Below are positions 24,605 through 32,000 of a DNA stretch of 32,000 bases, piece by piece. The translations under genes and the position numbers were made by a program. The stretch lies in NCBI RefSeq assembly GCF_000011325.1, contig NC_003450.3:1920001-1952000 (forward strand). Direction: 5' to 3'. The notes below the pieces were generated by a model that saw nothing but the letters and a program-made list of their open reading frames with translations, ran no database searches and was not told where the DNA came from. Each line of letters opens with the position of its first letter. Within the stretch, counting starts at the first letter, position 1. The DNA comes from Corynebacterium glutamicum ATCC 13032 (GTDB taxonomy: Bacteria; Actinomycetota; Actinomycetes; Mycobacteriales; Mycobacteriaceae).

Positions 24605-25435
24605 TCAAGAACTCAGAGACGATCCGGCAGGACGAATGACATCCACAGGTTCAGGCTGATCCGTCACCTCGATCACATATTGAACCTCTGAGTCCGAACC
24701 ATCCGGGAAAGTCACTTCTGTACGAAACCACAGTTGACCGGTTCGATCATCAGGCGCCGTGAAGGTGAGATCGCCAGTCTTCTCATCTATGAGAATGATT
24801 GCACCCATCAACTCCGCATTCTCAATTGAGCCGTAACGATCTCGGACCACCTTCGATCCCTGTGGGACCCCACCAACCGCTCCTGTACCACCATCCGTCA
24901 CCCTCAATGGGATCTTGACAGTCTGACCATTGCGGACTTTAGGATAACCCGTGCTTTCAATGCCGTAGTAAATACTGTCAGCCACATAAACCACTGAATG
25001 GGGTGTCACTCTATCAAATGACCCATCAGGGTAGACCACCTTGACAGTCACTCGATCTGTATAAGATCGTTTCATTTCACCAGGGGTGTAGCTGATCCCC
25101 GAAGCCCCAAGAGTATGTCGAATCTCCCCTGTATTTGGGTCCAATCGAGAAGCGAGCAGACCATCATCAATAATAATTGAAAACGAATCACCCTCAAGTA
25201 AAAATCGAGTCTCCTCTGGTAATTCAGCAAGGTTTTCAACAGACTGTTCAACCGACTTGGGAAAGACTCCACTAGAACCGAGACGCGTTTCTAAGGATTC
25301 ATACCGTGGTTCATACTGAGCAGCCATAGACACATTTTCATATGCAATCGCAACACCCGTGCCATTTACCGTTGCTCCGAACAACAGTGAACATGACAGT
25401 GCAGCGGTAACCAACGTGCGTGAACGTACCAACAT
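24605..25435 (-). CDS. secreted tandem Rib/YPDG-domain surface protein, paralog 2
   Basis: Colinear with 13519..14358: MLVRSRTLVTAALSCSLLFGATVNG..., YEPRYE, VKVVYPDGSFDRVTPHSVV, FPDGSDSEVQYVIEVTD. Ends GSSLSS. Confidence 0.85.
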   Translation of the reverse strand: MLVRSRTLVTAALSCSLLFGATVNGTGVAIAYENVSMAAQYEPRYESLETRLGSSGVFPKSVEQSVENLAELPEETRFLLEGDSFSIIIDDGLLASRLDPNTGEIRHTLGASGISYTPGEMKRSYTDRVTVKVVYPDGSFDRVTPHSVVYVADSIYYGIESTGYPKVRNGQTVKIPLRVTDGGTGAVGGVPQGSKVVRDRYGSIENAELMGAIILIDEKTGDLTFTAPDDRTGQLWFRTEVTFPDGSDSEVQYVIEVTDQPEPVDVIRPAGSSLSS

Positions 25436-25500
25436 ACTTCTACACCACTTTCTAAATTAGAGATACTCTATGCCACCTCACAGTATAGGTACAGGATGTG
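25436..25500 (-). promoter_or_regulatory. conserved 5' UTR/promoter of the Rib paralogs, copy 2
   Basis: Aligns with 14359-14423. Confidence 0.5.
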
Positions 25501-25591
25501 TGGCGTTCCCTGCCCTCATGGACGGGGTTGCTGCGTACCAACTGCCCTACACATTGCGAGAGCCGGATAACGCTTAAGTCTCAAGCAGAGA

Positions 25592-25895
25592 TCAAGAACT
25601 CAGAGACGATCCTACGGGGCGAATATCATCCACAGGTTCAGGCTGATCCGTCACCTCGATGGAATAAGAGGCCGTCGCATATGTGCCATCTGGATAAATT
25701 AATTCTGCAGCAAACCACAGTTGACCAGTTCGATCTTCCCGTGCTGTGAAAGTAAGCTCACCGGTTTTCTCATCAATAACGACAATTGCACCCATCAACT
25801 CCGCATTGTCAATTGAGCCATAGCGATCTCGGACCACCTTCGATCCCTGTGGGACCCCGCCAATCACTCCTGTGCCGTCCATCACCCTCAATGGG
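25592..25895 (-). pseudogene. 5'-truncated, chimeric Rib-domain gene fragment (last ~100 codons), tandem to paralog 2
   Basis: Homology to paralog 2 starts abruptly at PLRV (25895). The ~35 bp downstream of the stop (25556-25591) also match 24570-24604. No signal peptide. Confidence 0.8.
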
Positions 25896-25948
25896 TCAGG
25901 CCCTTCATACTTCTACCTTTACAGAACCAGACTATCTATTGACGAAGC

Positions 25949-26332
25949 TCAGCTACTCAGAAATATGCTGCCAACGGAAATATCAATGTGCAAAGCTAAT
26001 GGCAGGCCGTCACCTGCTATAATTGCCCAGCTCGGGTCTAAGTTTTCAGGATCTACTATGAAAGGATCAGTACGACCGTCGGGATCACTCAATTGAAGAT
26101 ACACCGGGTTTGCTTGGGGTGGTTGATCCTGTGGCATTGGGCCGGCCATGTCTACTGTATCAATAGGCAACCCACATGGTTGTACACGAACAATGAGATC
26201 ACCTGCTTCAGATACTGAAAAACCAGCGCGCCCTTTGACATTAATGTCTCCCAAATAATTGCCGCATCCTGAAACAGTCAGGCCGCAGATTACTAAGGCT
26301 GCCAAAGTCTTGATTCGTCGTTCCTTCATCAT
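25949..26332 (-). CDS. lipoprotein, unknown function
   Basis: Lipobox LAALVICGLTVSGC. Ends ...VGSIFLSS. Confidence 0.8.
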   Translation of the reverse strand: MMKERRIKTLAALVICGLTVSGCGNYLGDINVKGRAGFSVSEAGDLIVRVQPCGLPIDTVDMAGPMPQDQPPQANPVYLQLSDPDGRTDPFIVDPENLDPSWAIIAGDGLPLALHIDISVGSIFLSS

Positions 26333-26643
26333 AACTCCGTCTTCGTTGCACCCATCAGCAAAAAAAGGTACAGCGTTGTTTGGCTTTCACCCTGGTAGAT
26401 AAGATCCACTTCTAGCTCAAAATAGCATCTGATAACTACGAAAGTGCTATCAGGGATGCAGAGAGGTCTAAGCTTTATTAGCTCATACACTATGCACATC
26501 GTGAGATGGACTATCGCAACAGGTTGTAGATCTCTGAATTCAGCATGAATCAATTGTCTTTCGATGCCATTATCGCGTGAGGTTTCCGGCTCAGAAAGCG
26601 GTGGTTCAAGCTGCCTCGGAATTACGCTCCACGAAACCCTCAA
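26329..26643 (-). CDS. doubtful ORF (104 aa) bridging two genes
   Basis: It overlaps 26606..27037 by 38 nt and the lipoprotein start by 4 nt (ATGA). The composition looks non-protein-like in places, so the region may instead be the lipoprotein promoter. Confidence 0.25.
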   Translation of the reverse strand: MRVSWSVIPRQLEPPLSEPETSRDNGIERQLIHAEFRDLQPVAIVHLTMCIVYELIKLRPLCIPDSTFVVIRCYFELEVDLIYQGESQTTLYLFLLMGATKTEL

Positions 26644-27037
26644 GCCCCGGAGCTACCCACCCTACGGGGAGTGACCACAGGTGAGACAGTTCAGGTCTAA
26701 ATGATGTGCGCTCCTCTTCGAGCACAAGCGCAGCAAAGTCTTCTTCGAGTGTTGCACTCATAAGAGATTGACCTGGAAAAACAAAAGAAATTTCACCAGG
26801 CGTGGAAAGAGCCGTCACAAACACCAGATGCACCAATTGCCCTTTATATATTTCTTCACGAGCAACATCAGCCTTGTTAATATCTTCCCATTCAAGAAAA
26901 TGGTTCTTCAGCTTCCTACCCTTCAGAAGCTTTTCAATATAATCACGTCCATCTGAGCCATCTAATAAACCTACGCAGCATTCATAGCTTGAATCCTGCT
27001 CAGAAAGGAACAAGAGAATCAGCTTGTCGGAATACAT
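26606..27037 (-). CDS. hypothetical cytoplasmic protein (143 aa) immediately downstream of the LGFP-repeat protein gene
   Basis: Clean ORF 29 nt after the upstream stop. No signal peptide and no motif recognised. Confidence 0.7.
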   Translation of the reverse strand: MYSDKLILLFLSEQDSSYECCVGLLDGSDGRDYIEKLLKGRKLKNHFLEWEDINKADVAREEIYKGQLVHLVFVTALSTPGEISFVFPGQSLMSATLEEDFAALVLEEERTSFRPELSHLWSLPVGWVAPGLEGFVERNSEAA

Positions 27038-27066
27038 GCCGCAATTCTCCTATTCCATTCCTTATG

Positions 27067-28650
27067 TTAACTACGGTCTATCGTACACGGAAGATAAGCG
27101 TAATTAGTTGCTGACTGACCGAAATACGGCTGACCTTCATAAGTCACCTGAAAATATGAAGTACCCCAAAATAATGTATTCTTCTCCCCGCTGCAACCCG
27201 CCTCTAAATTGGTTTGCACAACAGAATTCCTATTACCGAAGAATTGTTGTGCATATGCTGCTTGAGCCCATCGTCCCCAATAGTCGTAGTAAATCCATCC
27301 ATACCCCACTACATCTGAGACAGTTCCAGGAAGGTCGCAATCCATCCTAGCCTTAAACCCAATCTTTGGAACCCTAATCCCGACTCCGTCACTCTTCGTT
27401 CTCACATGAATGTTAGCGGATTGCGATTGACATTGAATCGAATCTTTCTTGGCGTTAAGTGAATTCGCCTCTACACGAGAATTTGACAATCCGTTCTCAA
27501 AATACTCTATTGCTTCCTCAAGATTAGCAAAGGGTAAAAACTCAATAAAAGCCTCAAGAGGATTGGGGTATAGGTTAGCTGCAAGTTCGCCTTTTTCGAA
27601 TACCTGATTAGCCATGTTTTCTGTATACTTTTCTGGATCGCCGATAGGGTAACCGAATTCCCCACTCTCAGCTCCTTCTTCTCTCCAGATGCTGTATATA
27701 TCCCCTAATATAGGGTGAGCTCCGTGTTGCGGATGCCAGTAGACAACTCCGTTCTGGAAAACAGAAAATCTGCCCACACCGTCAGCTGTCACAGCCTCAT
27801 CCGCAATGGGAAAACCAAGGTCACTATCAGGACCACCCAATTCAAGCCATTTATCCAAGATCAGCCCATTAATACTGGCCACCTGGAAACCGTCCAATAC
27901 CGGACTGCGATACACTCGCCCACCTTGGAAAGTTTGCACCCACCCACTCAACTCACCATCAATCGGATTGGAACCATTCACAGGGACTTCACCACCAGTG
28001 GGATAACCCATCCACCCAGACTCCCACCCATTACGCTCCCACACCTGCGCACTGTAATTATTAACAGCATGCGCACCAGTTGTCGGATGCCAATAAACAA
28101 ACCCATTCATAAACCGCTGACGATACCCCTGACCATCAGGATTTAACGTTTGGCCTTCACTCGGAAACAACATCCACCCAAACTGGGCACCCTGCTGAAT
28201 ATAGCGCTCTAAAATAGCACCACAAACCTGATGAGGTGACGGCCAAAACGTCTGACACGCCGCAGCCGCAGCAAGGCCTCGCGTCTGTGGCTGAGATTGT
28301 TGCTGTGCAATAGCTATCTCTGCCTCATCAGCGGCTGCTTTATCAATAGTTACTGGCAGCTCCACCTTATCTGACCACATCTCACCCGGAATGAGCTCTT
28401 CATTAGGTGCGCCAGATTCTTGGGCTTGTCGGATAGCCTCGTGGATCTCGGCGATTTCTTGCTCAGTGTAGCCACCCACCCCGTCTACCACAGGTGGGGT
28501 ATTCCCTTCGTGGTGGAACTGTTGAACATACGCATCTTGGTCTTCAGGTGTGACCACCTGACTAGCTTGCCCCTGTGCCACAGGTGCTATACCACCTGCA
28601 ACAAGAAGTGCTGCAGCAATGACGCCTGCAGCCTTGGAAAACAGTTTCAT
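27067..28650 (-). CDS. secreted LGFP-repeat (cell-wall-associated) protein with a distinct Cys-containing C-terminal domain
   Basis: Signal peptide MKLFSKAAGVIAAALLVAGGIAPVAQG. About four LGFP-type repeats (GWMLFPSEG..., GWMGYPTGGE..., DLGFPIADE...GVVYWHPQHGA, GEFGYPIGDPE). The last ~150 aa are unrelated to the repeats and contain 4 Cys. Confidence 0.85.
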   Translation of the reverse strand: MKLFSKAAGVIAAALLVAGGIAPVAQGQASQVVTPEDQDAYVQQFHHEGNTPPVVDGVGGYTEQEIAEIHEAIRQAQESGAPNEELIPGEMWSDKVELPVTIDKAAADEAEIAIAQQQSQPQTRGLAAAAACQTFWPSPHQVCGAILERYIQQGAQFGWMLFPSEGQTLNPDGQGYRQRFMNGFVYWHPTTGAHAVNNYSAQVWERNGWESGWMGYPTGGEVPVNGSNPIDGELSGWVQTFQGGRVYRSPVLDGFQVASINGLILDKWLELGGPDSDLGFPIADEAVTADGVGRFSVFQNGVVYWHPQHGAHPILGDIYSIWREEGAESGEFGYPIGDPEKYTENMANQVFEKGELAANLYPNPLEAFIEFLPFANLEEAIEYFENGLSNSRVEANSLNAKKDSIQCQSQSANIHVRTKSDGVGIRVPKIGFKARMDCDLPGTVSDVVGYGWIYYDYWGRWAQAAYAQQFFGNRNSVVQTNLEAGCSGEKNTLFWGTSYFQVTYEGQPYFGQSATNYAYLPCTIDRS

Positions 28651-28961
28651 TCACATGATCCTTTCGTTACTAGTTGATGTGAACAAACTGACCCTAACCC
28701 GAAAAAATCATAAGTTCTGTGAATAAAATTGTTGTGCGCGTATTTCCACCCCCGTTATAGGCAGGGCAAACATCACATAAAAAAGGTAACTTTTGGCTAC
28801 TGACTTTTATGCCCATTCACGGTATTTAAACGACTCCATCCACCAGCGCCAAAAATCGTCCGAAACATGAGGTGATAGCGGTTTTATGCGCCAATTAGTT
28901 CGCAGACACAGCCCTTACTCTGGATATTTCAAGGGTGCATACACCCCCAGCACTACACGTG

Positions 28962-28994
28962 CAAAGCACCATCTCAACACATCGAGATGGTGCT
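28962..28994 (-). terminator. hairpin terminator of the VirB4-like gene
   Basis: Minus strand: agcaccatctc-gatgtgtt-gagatggtgct followed by ttt, ~25 nt after the stop at 29018. Confidence 0.5.
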
Positions 28995-29017
28995 TATTTA
29001 TTCACCACAGCCAACAA

Positions 29018-31450
29018 CTACCGCTTCGCCAGGCGCTTCTTCTCCACCTGTGCAAGCGCATCATCAAGATTCTTCGGCCCAGTTTTCAAAGCTAGTTCTT
29101 TCGCTTCTACATCATCAAGCTCCTTCATCTTGCGCGCAGATTTCTCATCAAAGCGCTCTTCGCGGTGCTCGGCCTTCGCCTGAATTGCGACAACATCAAG
29201 ATCCGCTGTGCCCACCATCGTCGTGCCACCACCGTAGTGCTTGTCTCGCTTGGATCGTCGCTGACCTCGCTGTGCTTCAATCTTGCGACGCTGCTCCATA
29301 TAAGGATTAACGCCCAACGCAAGGTTGGTTTCAAACACCACATTGGTAGATCCTCGGCGCAAATAGCTCGCACCAGAATTCTGCGTTGTCACCAACCGTG
29401 CCAAGTCCATCGGGATCTGACTATTAATCAGAGATTGATAAGTATCCACCGAGTCAACGTTCATCGGGCCCAAAATGGTGTACGCAGCACGTTGGAATTG
29501 ATTGAAGCCAACAGTGCCAAGCATCGCGTCCATCGAGCTGTAGAGATACGCCACTCGCCCACCACGCTCAGCCATATATGCGAACTGATTAGCCAAATAA
29601 TCCTGAACATCAACATCGACAATGCCATCAGCACCGTGAATGATGACCACATCGCCTTGACCAAGCGTCTCCACAGCAAAACCAATCACGTTAACCAGCT
29701 GTGCCATCGCGACACCTGCGCCACGTCGCAGCACTCCAGAAAAATCATAGATCACGCGGCGTGCAGAGTTCACAGAATCAATGCCATCTGCCGTGTGCTG
29801 ATTAAACAGATCGCCATGAGTATCGAGCAAATCCTTATAGGTCAGTCGCAGCACAGAAATGGCACGAAACATTTCAGGGTCTTTGGTTCCCTCATATTTC
29901 TGGCGCTCATATTCTTGATCCAAATAGGACACGAAGACAGAGAGCAACGGGATCTGCTCATGAGGCACACCAACAAGACGCAGCTTGTCACGGTTTTCAC
30001 CGGCATTAAGAGCCCACATTTTCATATCCACATAAAAGGCTGTAATAATTTCTTTGAGCTTTCCGCGCAATAGCGCCAGCTCAGAGGTCTTATCGCCCAA
30101 TGCCTGCTCGGTCATAAACACGATTTTGTCCATGTGTGTGGAATACAGCGACAGCTCATCTTCTTGCTTACCAAACAGCTCGAACATGTTGAGATCTCCG
30201 CTAGTCATATCCACATGAGCGGTCATGGATTCTAGCTTTGGTCCCATTTCATCGAGCTTGGCACCATTGAGCACCAGGTGCACTACGCGACGGTTATTCA
30301 GTAGCGCTGCCTGAGAAATCTTCGACCCCCACATGTCAACGACACGGGGACGCTTAAGTAGTGGTGATGTATTAATCGAGCTATCTGCGCATACGACATG
30401 TCCCGACCAGCGATCCACATCAAAAAGCACAGCGGAGTTGTTGACATCGCCACGCATGACACCGACGTATTCGCCAGCAACATCGTTAAGACCATTGGTG
30501 ACCAAAGAATAAGAACCGGCAAACTCAGTCGAGGTGAAGTGGAATCCTTTACCTCGCTTTTTGCTATTTTTGCCAAAAATCTGTGACAGTTCTTGACGTT
30601 GCTCACCGTGGTGTGCAGCAATATCCATTCGCGATAAGTGCTCGATAAAACTGCGTCGAATTTTCTCAACAGTCGAATCCAAGATCTCAAGGTTTGGTCC
30701 ACGCAGCAGCAGACGGTTGTGCACAGTCAAATATGATGCACCATCATCAAGCTCGGCGATCACCTCATCAAGATCAAGTCCACGCTTAACAGTCTTGCGG
30801 CGGTTGGACTTAGTGGAAGAATCAGCCAAGTCTGATTCTTCTGTCTTAGCTAGTCGGTCAGTATTTTTCAGATTGTCATCAATCCATGACTGCTTCATCC
30901 GCTCCACTTGCTCAAAAAGCACAGCTGAGACACCCTCAGGCAGATTGCGTGGAATGCGGTTGACGCCCCAGAAAGCACCGAATTCATCCTTGGCATCCTC
31001 ATTGTGGAAAAACGACAAAATAGTGCCGATTTCATCATCCACCTCAAAATAATCCGAGTGGAAAACATAGTGCTCCCTCGGCTTAATCACCATGAGGTGA
31101 CCGTGATTTTCCATGGTGCCCAGCGCTGCCTGAGCGTCCTTTTTCTGCTGACGAGTCATCGTCTCGTCATCGAGCTCATCACTAATTTCTTCCACGTCAT
31201 GCGCATCGGTATCGGTGGCACGATCATCAAATTCACCAAAACCAAATGATCCACTCAGTGTGCGCGCGGTGCGCGCAGGTACAGGTGGGATCGGGTCTGA
31301 TTCGGAGGTGCGACCAATGATGCGAGCTCCTAACGAAGGTGCTGGGAGCGGTGCTTCTACAGCAGTGGTAGTGGTTTCTTCAGCCTCCGTAGTAAGTGAT
31401 GCAGCAGGTTCTTGTGCCCGTTTGTTCTTGAGCTTGTTAAAAAGTTTCAT
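29018..31450 (-). CDS. VirB4/TrbE-like T4SS protein (810 aa) lacking Walker A/B consensus
   Basis: The block order resembles VirB4 as I recall the family: HYVFHSDYFEVDDEIGTILSF, GVMRGDVNNSAVLFDVD, LNMFE, RRVIYDFSGV, DVVIIHGADG at the Walker B position, and SGASYLRRGSTNVVFETNLALG at the C-terminal block. No GxxxxGK[ST] occurs anywhere in the protein. The N-terminus is disordered and the C-terminal tail is charged. The CDS is certain; the function is inferred. Confidence 0.6.
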   Translation of the reverse strand: MKLFNKLKNKRAQEPAASLTTEAEETTTTAVEAPLPAPSLGARIIGRTSESDPIPPVPARTARTLSGSFGFGEFDDRATDTDAHDVEEISDELDDETMTRQQKKDAQAALGTMENHGHLMVIKPREHYVFHSDYFEVDDEIGTILSFFHNEDAKDEFGAFWGVNRIPRNLPEGVSAVLFEQVERMKQSWIDDNLKNTDRLAKTEESDLADSSTKSNRRKTVKRGLDLDEVIAELDDGASYLTVHNRLLLRGPNLEILDSTVEKIRRSFIEHLSRMDIAAHHGEQRQELSQIFGKNSKKRGKGFHFTSTEFAGSYSLVTNGLNDVAGEYVGVMRGDVNNSAVLFDVDRWSGHVVCADSSINTSPLLKRPRVVDMWGSKISQAALLNNRRVVHLVLNGAKLDEMGPKLESMTAHVDMTSGDLNMFELFGKQEDELSLYSTHMDKIVFMTEQALGDKTSELALLRGKLKEIITAFYVDMKMWALNAGENRDKLRLVGVPHEQIPLLSVFVSYLDQEYERQKYEGTKDPEMFRAISVLRLTYKDLLDTHGDLFNQHTADGIDSVNSARRVIYDFSGVLRRGAGVAMAQLVNVIGFAVETLGQGDVVIIHGADGIVDVDVQDYLANQFAYMAERGGRVAYLYSSMDAMLGTVGFNQFQRAAYTILGPMNVDSVDTYQSLINSQIPMDLARLVTTQNSGASYLRRGSTNVVFETNLALGVNPYMEQRRKIEAQRGQRRSKRDKHYGGGTTMVGTADLDVVAIQAKAEHREERFDEKSARKMKELDDVEAKELALKTGPKNLDDALAQVEKKRLAKR

Positions 31451-31520
31451 CTATCCCCAATTCAGTTTAAGAGAAATATATTAAAGAAACTTTAACACAA
31501 AGAAAGTAGCTATTAAATGT
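31437..31520 (-). promoter_or_regulatory. conserved promoter/leader module, copy B (upstream of the VirB4-like gene)
   Basis: Same three blocks as 6050-6135. The shared stretch includes the SD gaattgggga, the ATG and the first 14 nt of coding sequence. Confidence 0.6.
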
Positions 31521-31565
31521 CATTTTAATAGCTTATCTGCACCCCAGTTGCTTACCCACAGACAT

Positions 31566-31599
31566 GAAAAAACAGGCTGCTGGATCATCCAACAGCCTG
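31566..31599 (-). terminator. rho-independent terminator of the upstream gene
   Basis: Minus strand: caggctgttgg-atgat-ccagcagcctg followed by tttttt, 17 nt after the stop at 31616. Confidence 0.75.
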
Positions 31600-31615
31600 C
31601 ATCAAACTCCAGGTG

Positions 31616-32000
31616 CTACTTTTTCTTATGTCCGTAAATGCTGCGCAACAGGTCATTAACCTCAAAACCGTTGAGCTGGCGGCACTGTTTATACATCGCA
31701 CTTGAGTTTTCTACCTCAGAGAGCAAAATCTCTTGCGCAGTATGCAGTGCAGCGTCATTGGGTGAATGCAGCGTCAAATACTGGTGAATTGAGCTGAATT
31801 TTCCACCTACGTCATAACGCAAAATATCAAGCGATTCCTCCATGAGTTTGGTGAGCTCAGGGTGTCGATACACTAAGTTCTGATTTTTACGCTCGACGTT
31901 GGCGACCTGGCTAAATACGGCTTGAGATTCTTTCGTCGTGATGAAATTCCACTGCGTATCTGTTTCCACCTTTTGCCAAAAAGAATCTACGCGGTCAACG
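31616..32000 (-). CDS. hypothetical protein, 5' end probably outside the window
   Basis: The frame stays open from the GTG at 31969 up to position 32000 (…VDRVDSFWQKVETDTQW…). No motif recognised. It is followed by a terminator and then the VirB4-like gene. Confidence 0.7.
   Translation of the reverse strand, partial: VDRVDSFWQKVETDTQWNFITTKESQAVFSQVANVERKNQNLVYRHPELTKLMEESLDILRYDVGGKFSSIHQYLTLHSPNDAALHTAQEILLSEVENSSAMYKQCRQLNGFEVNDLLRSIYGHKKK

Noticed and set aside
29165-30073. 302-aa plus-strand ORF antisense to the VirB4-like gene.
   Set aside because: It is fully nested in a much longer ORF whose product has coherent domain-like blocks and a conserved paralog. The antisense product is Arg/His/Ile-rich with no structure-like pattern.
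27067-31450. The MKLF N-terminus is shared by the LGFP protein (MKLFSKA), the VirB4-like protein (MKLFNKL) and the mini-ORF (MKLFKQL). I considered whether all three share the promoter module.
   Set aside because: Upstream DNA of the LGFP gene (…aacgaaaggatcatgtgaATGAAACTG) does not match the conserved module. MK-L-F is a common start, so the LGFP case is coincidence.
1-32000. CRISPR arrays, rRNA/tRNA genes, IS elements, and integrase, transposase or relaxase genes.
   Set aside because: There are no regularly spaced direct repeats with unique spacers; the only tandem repeats are 9-10 bp units repeated about 3 times. No ORF shows DDE, tyrosine- or serine-recombinase, or relaxase motifs that I can recognise. 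No cloverleaf or rRNA-like conserved strings were seen.

Overview
This window reads as an accessory, mosaic region of a moderate-GC Actinobacterium. A Corynebacterium-type genome is my best guess, based on LGFP cell-wall repeats, Rib/YPDG surface-protein domains, many lipobox lipoproteins, and a mycobacterial-type HigB/HigA/SecB-like TAC module. I support about 30 CDS. I found no rRNA, tRNA or CRISPR array, and no recognisable integrase, transposase or relaxase.

Main content:
1. Two large minus-strand genes look like type IV secretion (T4SS) core components. One is an 810-aa VirB4-like protein with no P-loop. The other is a 1488-aa polytopic membrane protein with a ~600-aa Gly/Ala/Ser-rich tail. 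Each is preceded by the same ~85-bp promoter/leader module, yet they lie about 23 kb apart.
2. The sequence between and beside them is visibly more AT-rich in places and dense in defence-type genes: DUF3800, an AbiTii-domain protein, a DNA methyltransferase fragment, a DUF4365-like 607-aa protein, a complete toxin-antitoxin-chaperone (TAC) module, and an SDH-family ClpP-fold serine protease with a tiny acidic partner.
3. Many secreted proteins and lipoproteins are present, including a Rib-domain paralog family.
4. There are several gene remnants and exact or near-exact repeats. These include the C-terminal third of a second VirB4-like gene, a chimeric Rib fragment, a duplicated gene 3' end plus terminator, and a 30-bp exact direct repeat. 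Together they record repeated recombination.

All functional calls come from motif recognition by eye. No searches were run.
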